From positions 18,602 through 82,601 of the forward strand of contig JASLKP010000002.1 in the NCBI GenBank assembly GCA_030747485.1: a DNA stretch of 64,000 nucleotides. The letters run 5' to 3'. A program made the position numbers and the translations under genes. How positions within the stretch are numbered: the first letter of the stretch is position 1; every line of letters begins with the position of its first letter. Below, piece after piece: positions 20,106 through 29,879 of the stretch. The stretch comes from Candidatus Thalassarchaeaceae archaeon. GTDB lineage: Archaea > Thermoplasmatota > Poseidoniia > Poseidoniales > Thalassarchaeaceae. Under the pieces are notes generated by a model. That model made no database searches, was not told where the DNA came from, and saw only the letters and a program-made list of their open reading frames with translations.

Positions 20106-20993
20106 ATGGCCATCAAAAATGGCCGATGGGATGGCCCAATCTGGGACACACACCTTCATCTCGACCGAGCGGGCCGATTTTTAGATGCGACTCATGACTT
20201 CGTTCGTGCAGGGGGCACTCACCTATGTTTGGTCCACAAACCAGCTTTCACTGAGAAGTTACCAAGAACTCTAGACGAGGTCAAATCGGCTTACCAAGAG
20301 ACCATCGAAATTGGTGAAGCAGTACGTCGAGAATGTGGATTAGATGTTCGAGTGATTCTTGGGCCCCATCCGGTAGTTTGGGAACATCAGATTCACGACA
20401 TGGGGATTCAGGCTGCTAGTGACCTACATATTTCATCGGTTGAACTTGCAATTGAATATTGCCTTGAAGGCAAATCAGTCGCAGTGGGCGAAGTGGGTCG
20501 ACCTCATTATCCTGTATCTGATGAAATATGGGCTGCTGCAAATATCCAACTTGAAGAAGTCATGAGAATGGCAAACAGAGCAGATATTCCAATTCAGTTA
20601 CACGTTGAGGATCACGGTGCACAAACCAATGAAGAATTAGGTAGTCTTTGTGATCGAGCTGGACTACCTAGAAACCGGGCCATTCACCACTATGCTCCTG
20701 CGAATGTTGCTGCAGAGTTTACCCATGGATTATCTTCCTCAGTCTCTATGGGTAAGGATAGCATTTCAACATTAATTGAAACTCATGCAAACGCTTCAGC
20801 ATCTTGGACTATGGAGACTGATTACTTGGATGACCCTCGTCGACCAGGTAGTGTACTTGGGCCCAAGACCGTTCCGAAAAGAACTCAATCTCTAGTTTCA
20901 TCATTATTGGAACAGTATGATGCGTCGGAGGTAGAAGAATTGTTAATCAAAATACACCACCTTTGGCCATCTGAACTTTATGGAGAATTGTGA
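20106..20993 (+). CDS. TatD-family metal-dependent hydrolase
   Basis: N-terminal DTHLHLD metal-binding motif and later HVED / HH motifs; 295 aa. Confidence 0.8.
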   Translation: MAIKNGRWDGPIWDTHLHLDRAGRFLDATHDFVRAGGTHLCLVHKPAFTEKLPRTLDEVKSAYQETIEIGEAVRRECGLDVRVILGPHPVVWEHQIHDMGIQAASDLHISSVELAIEYCLEGKSVAVGEVGRPHYPVSDEIWAAANIQLEEVMRMANRADIPIQLHVEDHGAQTNEELGSLCDRAGLPRNRAIHHYAPANVAAEFTHGLSSSVSMGKDSISTLIETHANASASWTMETDYLDDPRRPGSVLGPKTVPKRTQSLVSSLLEQYDASEVEELLIKIHHLWPSELYGEL

Positions 20994-21006
20994 CCCTACG
21001 GGTCAC
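20990..21006. other. Hairpin (7-bp stem, loop TAC) overlapping the TatD stop codon, followed by TTTT
   Basis: GTGACCC-TAC-GGGTCAC, then tttt at 21007-21010. Confidence 0.6.
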
Positions 21007-21074
21007 TTTTGAGGGTCAGCCTCAAAACCCGTCGGCTTTGGGCCGAAGCAGCCCATAGGGCTGGAAGTGGACTG

Positions 21075-21866
21075 ATGTTGAATCTGAAGGGTAAGACCGC
21101 GCTTGTCTTTGGAGTTGCATCTGAGGATTCGATTGCATGGTCAATTTGTCAACATCTCGCAGAGGCAGGGTGCAACCTCATCCTCGGTTATCAGAAGAGA
21201 TTCATGAGCCGTGTTTTCCAACTCAAGAATCAGTTATCTGCCATTCAATCATTCTATCCCATCGATGTAGCCGAAGAGGAAACCACTGCAGAATTCTTTC
21301 ACGAATGGCAGAAGGAGATGCCTGGGGCTAAGGCAGATATTATCATCCATGCAATTGGTTTTGCACCACGAGAATGTTTTGACCGACACATGCTTTTCGT
21401 TGAAGATGGACCAATCAACACTGCAATGACGATTTCTGCCCATTCTCTACAACGTGTGATGCGCCATGCAATGCCTCATCTGTCTCCGAATTCGTCGACA
21501 ATTACGCTAACCTATGCTGCTAGTACACGACATGTTCCAAATTATGGAATCATGAGCATTGCCAAAGCGGCATTAGAGGCTTGGGTACGGGAATTGGCCG
21601 TTCGAGTTGGAGAGGACGGACACCGAGTGAATGCGATTTCTTCCGGACCAATTCGTACCTTAGCGGCATCTGGCATCCCAGGATTTTCTGACATCTTGGA
21701 ACATGTTGAACGCAATTCTCCACTGCGACGAAATGTAAACCAAGATGATGTGGCTGGTTGCGCAGTATGGTTGGCAAGTCCACTTGGTGCTGGTGTAACT
21801 GGGCAAATCATCCACGTAGATTGTGGTTATTCTAGCACCATGGTGCCCGACAGTATCAATGATTGA
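21075..21866 (+). CDS. fabI: Enoyl-[acyl-carrier-protein] reductase (NADH), FabI type
   Basis: Near full-length collinearity with bacterial FabI: GKTALVFGVASEDSIAW, IHAIGFAP, YGIMSIAKAALEAWVRELA (Y-x6-K), VNAISSGPIRTLAASGI. The stop lies 9 nt before the megasynthase ATG. Confidence 0.9.
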   Translation: MLNLKGKTALVFGVASEDSIAWSICQHLAEAGCNLILGYQKRFMSRVFQLKNQLSAIQSFYPIDVAEEETTAEFFHEWQKEMPGAKADIIIHAIGFAPRECFDRHMLFVEDGPINTAMTISAHSLQRVMRHAMPHLSPNSSTITLTYAASTRHVPNYGIMSIAKAALEAWVRELAVRVGEDGHRVNAISSGPIRTLAASGIPGFSDILEHVERNSPLRRNVNQDDVAGCAVWLASPLGAGVTGQIIHVDCGYSSTMVPDSIND

Positions 21867-21875
21867 GGTTATGAT

Positions 21876-24800
21876 ATGCCATCACTTGATGAGAATCCTC
21901 AGGATCCATTTGAGCCAATCGCCGTTATTGGCGTATCAGCATTATTACCTGATGCTGACGACATCACTACATTTTGGCAGAATATATTGGATGCAAAAGT
22001 ATCGTTGAAATCAGTCCCTTCAAATCGTTGGATTGAATCAGATTTCTGGGTTGAGGGTGGCCCAAAAAATATCGATGAAAACAAAACCTACTCCAAAATT
22101 GGTGGTTGGATTGAAGGATTTGAATTTGATTGGCGCAGGTGGAGGGTGCCGCCAGGTAGTCTACTACAAATCGACCCGACGCAACTTTGGGCAGTAGAAG
22201 TCAGTGCAGCAGCTCTTGAAGATGCAGGATATTTGGGCGAGGGTTCTAAGGCGTTACCAAAAGAGCGAACTGGGACTATTTTTGCGAACGCTCTTGGAGG
22301 TGAAAATCGCAATCTTTCCAATCATCGTGTATGGGCAGATCAATTCGCTCGTTACGCGGTTGAGATGGGCGGAATGCCCGAATCAGGGATTTCTGCATTC
22401 AAAGACGCGATGCTCGAAGGTTTGCCAAAAGTCGATGAAGATACCATGCCGGGTGAATTGGCGAATGTTGTTGCAGGTCGAGTGGCAAACTTACTTGATT
22501 TACAGGGGCCCAATTATGCTACAGATGCTGCTTGTGCAACAACCTTCGCTGCCGTTCTTGATGCGTGTCGTTTACTACAAACCAGACAGGTAGACCTGAT
22601 GATTGCTGGTGCAAGTGATCGAACAATGGATCCTGCAACCTTTGCTAAATTCAGTGCAATCGGAGCACTTTCTGCCACACATTCAACACCTTTCGATGCG
22701 GGTGCTAATGGTTTTGTCATGGGTGAAGGTGCAGGTGCAGTCATCCTCAAGCGATTATCAGATGCAATCAGTGATGGTGACAGAATTCACGCTGTGATAC
22801 GTGGAGTTGGTGCGAGTAGTGATGGCCGAGGTAAGGGGATTACTGCACCCAGCACACGGGGTCAAGTACAGGCGGTCGAGCGTGCATATCAACAGGCCGG
22901 TTATCGCGCATCTACAGTTGGCCTTATCGAAGCACATGGAACTAGTACTGTAGTCGGTGATGCCACTGAACTAACATCATTATCAACAGTATTTGCAGAT
23001 CTTCCTGCTGGGGAATCAGTCGCAGTCGGTTCCATAAAGAGTCAAATTGGCCATCTCAAATCAGCTGCAGGCATTGCAGGTTTACTCAAGGCGATACATG
23101 CAGTTAGGGATGGAATCATTCCTCCAAGTGCAGGATTCCAAAATCCAAATGAAAACATCTCATGGGATGAGAACCCCTTCTTTGTCCCTACATCAACATC
23201 TCCGTGGCCTTCCCCTATTGGTCATCCACGTCGTGCAGGAATCTCGGCCTTTGGTTTCGGGGGCACGAATTTTCATTGTGCAATAGAGGCCTATGACTAC
23301 GAACACCATTCTTCAATTGCAGCGGATTTCGATACACGCCGTTCAGCATGGCTCAATCCTCATCATATGGTTCAACAGCCCCCAATCGCAGAAATTGCTG
23401 AGAGGATGAGTTGGGATGAATTGAAAGAAATTGAAGGCGGTGTTTTGTTACTAAATGCTCCGACCATCAAACACCTCAAGATTAAGGCAGAGCAAGTCAT
23501 TACTACCCTGTTTAGTGGTGAAAATTTTGATCAATCACCGACTGGTAAACGACTATCATTTGAACTTCCAAAGGCAAGTTCTGATTTCGTTGCAGAAGGT
23601 GTTCGAATGGCCATTGTTGCTAGTGACTGGTCACAACTAAAGAAGAGGTATGAATTGTTTGAATCATCAGTAGATGATACTAGCAAATGGGCTTTCCTTT
23701 CCAAGCAATTGATTATGATTTCAGATGATCCTATATTGGGTGATAATGCAAAGGTTGCCCATCTCTATCCTGGACAGGGTAGCCAATATGTAGGCATGAC
23801 ACTGGATTTAATGAAACGTTACAATTGCATTGGTCAAACATGGGATGAAGCAGATCAGACCATGGTTGAGGTACTAGATGGTGAAACACTTTCCTCCTTT
23901 GTTCTTCGAGACAATCTAACTGAAGATGAACTCAAAGAGGCTGAATACAAACTCAAGCAAACAGAGTATACACAGCCAGCAATGCTGACTGCAAATCTCT
24001 CATTGTATCGCTTGCTCAAAGCACACCATTTAGAACCAGACATGGTGGCTGGGCACTCGCTTGGTGAATACGCGGCTTTGATGGTATCAGGGATTCTCAA
24101 TTTCGATGATGCATTGCGTGCAGTCGCTGCTCGTGGAACTGAAATGGGAAGTGTTGATGTCCCAGATACTGGATTGATGGCATCAGTAACGGCCCCATTT
24201 GAACAAATTGAAGCGGTGCTTGCAGAGGAAGAGGGGTATGTCATTGCAGCCAACAAGAATAGTCCAAAGATGACCGTCATCGCCGGAGAAACTGAATCGA
24301 TGAAACGGGTAGTCAAGCGCTTTGAAGAAGCCGGAGCACCTTGTGCGATTCTACAAACCAGTCATGCCTTCCATTCGCGGATTGTTGCACCTGCAAATGA
24401 ACCACTCCGCCGATTCCTTGAAGGATTGGACCTCTCTCTTCCAACCATACCAATCACTTCGAATGTAGATGGAGGTTGGTATCCAAACATCGTCGCTACT
24501 GGTGACGACCCTAAGGGGGCAATCTTAGCCAAACTTGCCCCTCAGATGTCCTCTGCAGTAGAATGGACAAAACAAGTGGAGACGATGTATTCCGACGGGG
24601 CGAGAATGTTCGTTGAAGTTGGACCGAAGCGTGCACTTTCTCTGTTTGCTGAACAAATTCTTGAGGAGCGCACACACGTCGTTACCAATACAAATCATCC
24701 TAAGATTGGTGGAATTTCTTCATTTCATGCGGCTTTGGCAATTCATGCCCTCGCCGGTCGAATACCAAACATTCCCGATGAAAAAAGTCCACATCTGACG

Positions 24801-27800
24801 GCCGCCTTCAAAGCAGGCGTTGTTCAATCAACATCACCTCAAGTGATTGATGCAGTGCAACCCGCGGTCAATCTCGATGAGGATAGCATCGCTGAATGTT
24901 ATCGTCAAGCAAAGGAAGAATTTGTTGCCAAAATCGTATCAGAGATTGCAGGTTTCCCTCTTAGAATGATTCATGGTTCTGCAAATTTAATCACCATTGG
25001 AATCAATCCAGATCAATTATTGAATATTCACCGTACCATCCAAAATTCAATTCGGGTAAAAGGCACTACATCTGCGAAAACACTCCCTGAATTGGTTGAA
25101 TGGTTGGATGAAGTTCCCGGTGGAGAATCAGTTGCCATTGAACGGTTTGGAAAAACGAGAACGACCCATGTACCTCCCTCAACGAGTCAACAACACATCC
25201 CACCACCTGCAGTTATCTCCGATCCTTTGGCCAATCGTCGTTCCAATCCATATGTTGTCACCGGAGTTAGTTTGGGTCTCCCTGGCATGTCAGAAGTTTT
25301 CGCCCCGGATGCACTTGATCGAATCATCGCCGGTGAGAATTTCATCTCTGAATTATCAGATGAAATCAAACAGAGATTGTTGGATAAGAACTTGATTAGA
25401 ATTGTCAAGCATAAAGACGGTTCTGCTGATTTTGTTCCTTGTGATTCGTTTGAACTCATTCCACAACTCGCTGGTAGGGCTGGTTATTTCGATTTGGCAG
25501 AACAGTATGGAGTGGACTCAAAAATTGCAGATGCGATGGATATCTCCACGAGCCTTGCCGTTGCGGCTGGACTAGAGGCCTTGAAGGATGCAGGATTGCC
25601 ACTGATTGCAGTAGAACAGACGAATAAAGCAGGTAAAAGAATCATACAGAAATGGAATCTTCCAGAATCGGAAAGAGACCGAACAGGTGTTGTCTTTGCC
25701 TCTTGTTTTCCTGGCATAGACATGGCAATCAAACATGCACAGAATAACGGTGCGGATGTAGATGGAAATTTTGATCGCCAATATCTTCTCCAAATTCTGA
25801 CCATGGGTCACTCACAGTTTGCCCAATGGATTGGGGCCAGGGGTCCAAATACTGCTGTAAACAATGCTTGCGCATCAACACCTGCAGCCATCGCTGTGGC
25901 TGAGGATTGGATGGCTACTGGCCGCTGTGACCGTGTCATTATTGTTAGTGCAGATAACGTAACCAGTGACAATCTGATGGAATGGATTGGCGCTGGTTTT
26001 GCCGCAGCTGGAGCCCATGCAATTGGCAATGTTGTCGAAGAGGTTGCTTTACCGTTCGATGTGCGACGAAATGGAATGCTGTTAGGAATGGGTGCTTGTG
26101 CGCTTGTTCTTGAGCGTTCAAAGGATGCTACAGAACGTGGTGTCATTCCATATGTCGAATTGTTAGGTGCACATATCGGGAATTCAGCCTATCACCCCAC
26201 TCGATTGGATGTCGACCATGTTTCAACATCACTTGATCAATTCATGTCAAAGATGGAGGAAGATTGGAACATCAATCGTCACACTATTGCTGCAAACTTA
26301 TCGTTCATGTCTCATGAGCCAGCAACACCGCCAAGAGGTGGCTCGGCTGCCGCTGAAATCCAAGCCTTGCGCCATACATTTGGTGAAAGCGCATCTAAGA
26401 TAATCATCACGAATACGAAGGGATTCACAGGTCACCCTATGGGGACTGGAATTGAGGATGTGGTTGCCATTCGTGGCTTAGCCCAAGGTGAATTCCCTCC
26501 GATTGCAAACTTCCAGCAACCAGATCCTGAACTTGGAGATTTACACTTGTCAGTTGGTGGTCCAGTGGATGTACAATACGTCTTACGACATGCTGCGGGT
26601 TTTGGTTCTCAAATGGCATTGACATTCCTCAAGAGAATTGCCTCTGATTTGAATCGAACAGATCAATCACGTCTTGCTTCATGGACATCAAATGTGGTAT
26701 CTGGTTCAGTTGATCTCAGAATTCTGAAACGAAAATTGGTTGCCTATGTTGACCCTGATGAACATCTAATCGGGGGAGTACAAGGAGAGCCCTTTGCAAT
26801 CGCGGAAATGAAGATTGAAGTTGTTGATCAAACACCGGTTGAGATTGAAACTCAACCCCTCATTGAACCCAGTGCCTCACCACCACCTTCTGGAGATGTA
26901 GCTGACAAAGTCGTCGAAGTAGTCGTCAAGCATACTGGTTACCCCGCAGATTTCATTGAACTTGATCAGGACTTAGAGGGGGAATTGGGCATTGATACTG
27001 TCAAGCAGGCAGAAATCATGGCAGAACTACGAGAGTTCTACGGGTTACCAGTGGACGAATCCTTCGTTCTTTCAGAACATCCAACTCTCAATCACATGAT
27101 TGCCTATCTGGATCAAGGTAGTGACTCTCCACCTGTTGATCCCGTTGAAGAATCAATGCCCCCTCTTCCTGATCCAACGGCGATAACACCACCAGTTGAA
27201 TCAGAAAAAACCGGTGTAAGACGTTGGCAAGTGGAGGTCGAAGAAGCCCCGCCTGAAGCCTCAACTCCCCTGGACATAGAGGGTAAAGTCATCGCAGTAA
27301 CCGATGACCCTTGGGGAATTGCAGATACCCTTTGTCATATTCTTGAAGCTGCAGGAATCGATACTGTTAGAATCATGCTTGACCCCAGTATCGTATCGAA
27401 GATTAAGATTGAGAAAGATGGAATGGTTGACATAATTCGCGTAGATCCAGAAAATCATCAACAATTGGAGGAGGTCAGCAAACATCTTGCCGATGTTGGT
27501 GAAGTCGTAGCATTACTGCACCTAGCTCCCTTACGACTTGCTGGTGTTGGATGGGATGAAGAAACACAGGCAGCACATCTTGCATCATCTACACATGGAC
27601 TGTTTGGCTTGCTTAAATCACTAGATGGCCACTTCTCCTCCTTATCTGATGGGACTGTCATGTCTGTGAGCGCAATGGATGGTCGCCATGGAAATGTCAG
27701 TGATCGTTTCAACGCGTTAGCAGCGGGATCTCATGGGATCGTCAAATCATATGCAAAGGAACATCCACATCTTCGCTGTCGGGCTGTTGATATCGACCCT

Positions 27801-29840
27801 GAGATGCTGATGGAGCCAACAAAATTAGCGCACCAAATCTGGGCTGAAGCCTTCGGAAGAATCGCCCCACTGGAGGTGGGGCTTACTCGTGATGATGGTC
27901 GCTGGGCCATGTGTTTGTACGAAGAAAATCTCATTGATCAAAGACATCCATTGAATGATGACGATGTATGGATTGTATCTGGTGGTGGTGGTGGTGTAAC
28001 TGCTCAATGTATTGTAGGTATTGCTGAGGCAAGTCCGAATGCGGGTGCAACTTTCGTATTGCTAGGCCGTACCAGATTGGACCCTTCTATTGAAGAATGG
28101 ATGAATAATGATGATGAAACATTAGAAAAACACAAGTTGGAATTGCGTGAATCCATGATCTCAGCCAGTGAATCTGGGAAAGTGACAATGGTTGAGTGGG
28201 ATCAAGAATGGAGTAAGAAGATGCGAAGTTTAGACATTCATCGTACGATGAGGGACATTCAAGTTTCAGGTAACCGAGCAATGTATGATGCGTGTGATGT
28301 AACCAATTCGAAATCTGTAGGTAAGGTCGTTAATGCAGTTCGAAAGGAATGTGGTCCGATTACAGGTTTGATTCATGGAGCTGGAATGGAGGATTCCAAG
28401 TTAGTTGCAGACAAGACTTGGGATATGTTCTCCAAGGTGATTTCAGTGAAAATCGATGGATGGCGTGCCCTCATTAGCGCTTTAGATGAAGATCTTGAGC
28501 ATCTCAGAATATTGTGTGCATTTACTTCGGTTGCAGGCCGATTCGGAAATGCAGGACAGGTTGATTATGCTGCGGCGAATAATATTCTAGATGCTGAAAT
28601 GTGCCGCATTGCTCACCATGCAGATGCTCCTAGAGCAGTCTCAATTGCTTGGTCTGGATGGAAGGACATCGGAATGGCAACGAAGGGTTCCATTGAATCT
28701 GTATTCGCTCAAGCAGGAATTGAGATGATTCCAGTTGATGTGGGTGTTGAGATTTTCATCAACGAAATATTGTCGGGAGGCAAACGCCGAGTCGTTGCTG
28801 CCGGCGCTCTCGGGCAGTTGGATTCCTCAGCCAGCAAGAGATCACCTCCGCAGAAATTGCCACCTGATACTTCAGGTTTGTTGGCTGAACCGAATCGCTT
28901 CCCCTTCGTTGATCGAGTCATCGAGCATGAACCATATGAGTACATCATTACTGAATGCACTCTTGACCCCCATCGATATCCATTCCTAATTGATCATGCA
29001 ATCGAAGGAACACCCTATCATCCTGGTGTCATGGCCATGGAGATGTTTGCAGAGGATGCACTGTTACTGTACCCGATGTGTACGTTGTCAGGATTTAATG
29101 ATGTGAAATTTGGTTTACCAATTAAATTAATCAAAGACGAAGTCAAGCTTCGTGTTGTTGCTAAATTTGCATCTCAAAATGAATCTGAAATTAGTATTCA
29201 ATGCCATCTTGAAAGCGATTTAATTAATTCGCAAGGAGAAATTTTCGGTGAACCACGAGTACACCATACAGCGACAGTCCGCCTTTTGAAAGATGGAGGT
29301 TTGCGTACTCCTATTATTCCATTCACAGCGCCAACTGGTCGTGCCAAAGCATCCTTCCAACCGGGTTTCGTATACGAGCGATTCTTCCATGGACCCAGAT
29401 TCCAAGTTCATGGTGGCTTGGTCAAAGGCATTCGTGATGGGGATGATGTTGGTGCAGATGGAATTGCTCTGTTGAGGAGCCAATTGCCCAATTCTGATTT
29501 ATTCCAAAAAGATGCTGATGGCGAGAATGTCTTGCTGGAATCGCTACCAATGTTAATTGAAGCATGTTTCCAAAATGCTGGTTTAGTTGCGATGGAAATC
29601 GATGAGATCTCAAGTCTTCCAATTGGTATTGAATCAGTTGAAGTCCTCAAATTACCAGCAGAGAGAGATGACCTAAGGATTCGAAGTTTCCGTCGAGAAT
29701 TGGAACTTGATGGTGTCACAGTACATGATGCGGTTGTATACGACCGGAATCAGAAACCTATTGTGGTATTGTCGGGTCTACGTTTGAAAGGGATGTCACC
29801 TATTCCTGATGAATTAAAATTCACACTTAAGAGGAAATAA
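21876..29840 (+). CDS. Type I FAS/PKS-like megasynthase: KS - AT - carrier-like - KS - ACP-like - KR - DH
   Basis: KS1 (~aa 12-470): DAAC220ATT, EAH354GT, IGH393LK. AT (~aa 625-935): GQGSQ, GHS728LG, HAFHS. Carrier-like fold (~aa 1000-1080): GINPDQ. KS2 (~aa 1124-1585): NNAC1332AS, SH1480E, GH1520P. ACP-like (~aa 1672-1746): ELGIDT1708VKQAE. KR (~aa 1795-2300): SGGGGGVTA, DY2231AAAN. DH (~aa 2338-2654): H2374AIEGTPYHP, i.e. HxxxGxxxxP. GAGG sits 8 nt upstream of the ATG. Confidence 0.9.
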   Translation: MPSLDENPQDPFEPIAVIGVSALLPDADDITTFWQNILDAKVSLKSVPSNRWIESDFWVEGGPKNIDENKTYSKIGGWIEGFEFDWRRWRVPPGSLLQIDPTQLWAVEVSAAALEDAGYLGEGSKALPKERTGTIFANALGGENRNLSNHRVWADQFARYAVEMGGMPESGISAFKDAMLEGLPKVDEDTMPGELANVVAGRVANLLDLQGPNYATDAACATTFAAVLDACRLLQTRQVDLMIAGASDRTMDPATFAKFSAIGALSATHSTPFDAGANGFVMGEGAGAVILKRLSDAISDGDRIHAVIRGVGASSDGRGKGITAPSTRGQVQAVERAYQQAGYRASTVGLIEAHGTSTVVGDATELTSLSTVFADLPAGESVAVGSIKSQIGHLKSAAGIAGLLKAIHAVRDGIIPPSAGFQNPNENISWDENPFFVPTSTSPWPSPIGHPRRAGISAFGFGGTNFHCAIEAYDYEHHSSIAADFDTRRSAWLNPHHMVQQPPIAEIAERMSWDELKEIEGGVLLLNAPTIKHLKIKAEQVITTLFSGENFDQSPTGKRLSFELPKASSDFVAEGVRMAIVASDWSQLKKRYELFESSVDDTSKWAFLSKQLIMISDDPILGDNAKVAHLYPGQGSQYVGMTLDLMKRYNCIGQTWDEADQTMVEVLDGETLSSFVLRDNLTEDELKEAEYKLKQTEYTQPAMLTANLSLYRLLKAHHLEPDMVAGHSLGEYAALMVSGILNFDDALRAVAARGTEMGSVDVPDTGLMASVTAPFEQIEAVLAEEEGYVIAANKNSPKMTVIAGETESMKRVVKRFEEAGAPCAILQTSHAFHSRIVAPANEPLRRFLEGLDLSLPTIPITSNVDGGWYPNIVATGDDPKGAILAKLAPQMSSAVEWTKQVETMYSDGARMFVEVGPKRALSLFAEQILEERTHVVTNTNHPKIGGISSFHAALAIHALAGRIPNIPDEKSPHLTAAFKAGVVQSTSPQVIDAVQPAVNLDEDSIAECYRQAKEEFVAKIVSEIAGFPLRMIHGSANLITIGINPDQLLNIHRTIQNSIRVKGTTSAKTLPELVEWLDEVPGGESVAIERFGKTRTTHVPPSTSQQHIPPPAVISDPLANRRSNPYVVTGVSLGLPGMSEVFAPDALDRIIAGENFISELSDEIKQRLLDKNLIRIVKHKDGSADFVPCDSFELIPQLAGRAGYFDLAEQYGVDSKIADAMDISTSLAVAAGLEALKDAGLPLIAVEQTNKAGKRIIQKWNLPESERDRTGVVFASCFPGIDMAIKHAQNNGADVDGNFDRQYLLQILTMGHSQFAQWIGARGPNTAVNNACASTPAAIAVAEDWMATGRCDRVIIVSADNVTSDNLMEWIGAGFAAAGAHAIGNVVEEVALPFDVRRNGMLLGMGACALVLERSKDATERGVIPYVELLGAHIGNSAYHPTRLDVDHVSTSLDQFMSKMEEDWNINRHTIAANLSFMSHEPATPPRGGSAAAEIQALRHTFGESASKIIITNTKGFTGHPMGTGIEDVVAIRGLAQGEFPPIANFQQPDPELGDLHLSVGGPVDVQYVLRHAAGFGSQMALTFLKRIASDLNRTDQSRLASWTSNVVSGSVDLRILKRKLVAYVDPDEHLIGGVQGEPFAIAEMKIEVVDQTPVEIETQPLIEPSASPPPSGDVADKVVEVVVKHTGYPADFIELDQDLEGELGIDTVKQAEIMAELREFYGLPVDESFVLSEHPTLNHMIAYLDQGSDSPPVDPVEESMPPLPDPTAITPPVESEKTGVRRWQVEVEEAPPEASTPLDIEGKVIAVTDDPWGIADTLCHILEAAGIDTVRIMLDPSIVSKIKIEKDGMVDIIRVDPENHQQLEEVSKHLADVGEVVALLHLAPLRLAGVGWDEETQAAHLASSTHGLFGLLKSLDGHFSSLSDGTVMSVSAMDGRHGNVSDRFNALAAGSHGIVKSYAKEHPHLRCRAVDIDPEMLMEPTKLAHQIWAEAFGRIAPLEVGLTRDDGRWAMCLYEENLIDQRHPLNDDDVWIVSGGGGGVTAQCIVGIAEASPNAGATFVLLGRTRLDPSIEEWMNNDDETLEKHKLELRESMISASESGKVTMVEWDQEWSKKMRSLDIHRTMRDIQVSGNRAMYDACDVTNSKSVGKVVNAVRKECGPITGLIHGAGMEDSKLVADKTWDMFSKVISVKIDGWRALISALDEDLEHLRILCAFTSVAGRFGNAGQVDYAAANNILDAEMCRIAHHADAPRAVSIAWSGWKDIGMATKGSIESVFAQAGIEMIPVDVGVEIFINEILSGGKRRVVAAGALGQLDSSASKRSPPQKLPPDTSGLLAEPNRFPFVDRVIEHEPYEYIITECTLDPHRYPFLIDHAIEGTPYHPGVMAMEMFAEDALLLYPMCTLSGFNDVKFGLPIKLIKDEVKLRVVAKFASQNESEISIQCHLESDLINSQGEIFGEPRVHHTATVRLLKDGGLRTPIIPFTAPTGRAKASFQPGFVYERFFHGPRFQVHGGLVKGIRDGDDVGADGIALLRSQLPNSDLFQKDADGENVLLESLPMLIEACFQNAGLVAMEIDEISSLPIGIESVEVLKLPAERDDLRIRSFRRELELDGVTVHDAVVYDRNQKPIVVLSGLRLKGMSPIPDELKFTLKRK

Positions 29841-29879
29841 AATGCAATTGAAGAATCGATTTTACAATTGGAGAATAAC

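Noticed and set aside
21009-21074. N-terminal extensions of track ORFs (FabI from 21009, AccC from 6144, PfkB from 7477, Fpg from 39175, SUMF1 from 34142, aquaporin from 44664, ABC-F to 53048, Csl4 to 56181, the acidic protein to 58079)
   Set aside because: The extensions overlap upstream genes or intergenic hairpins and precede the conserved family N-termini (for example MFKRVLIANRGE and MPELPEVE). Internal ATGs were chosen instead.
23855-24316. 153-aa minus-strand ORF, and other 60-130-aa ORFs, inside the megasynthase gene
   Set aside because: They are embedded in a continuous 8-kb ORF whose domains are recognisable throughout, and they show no independent signals.
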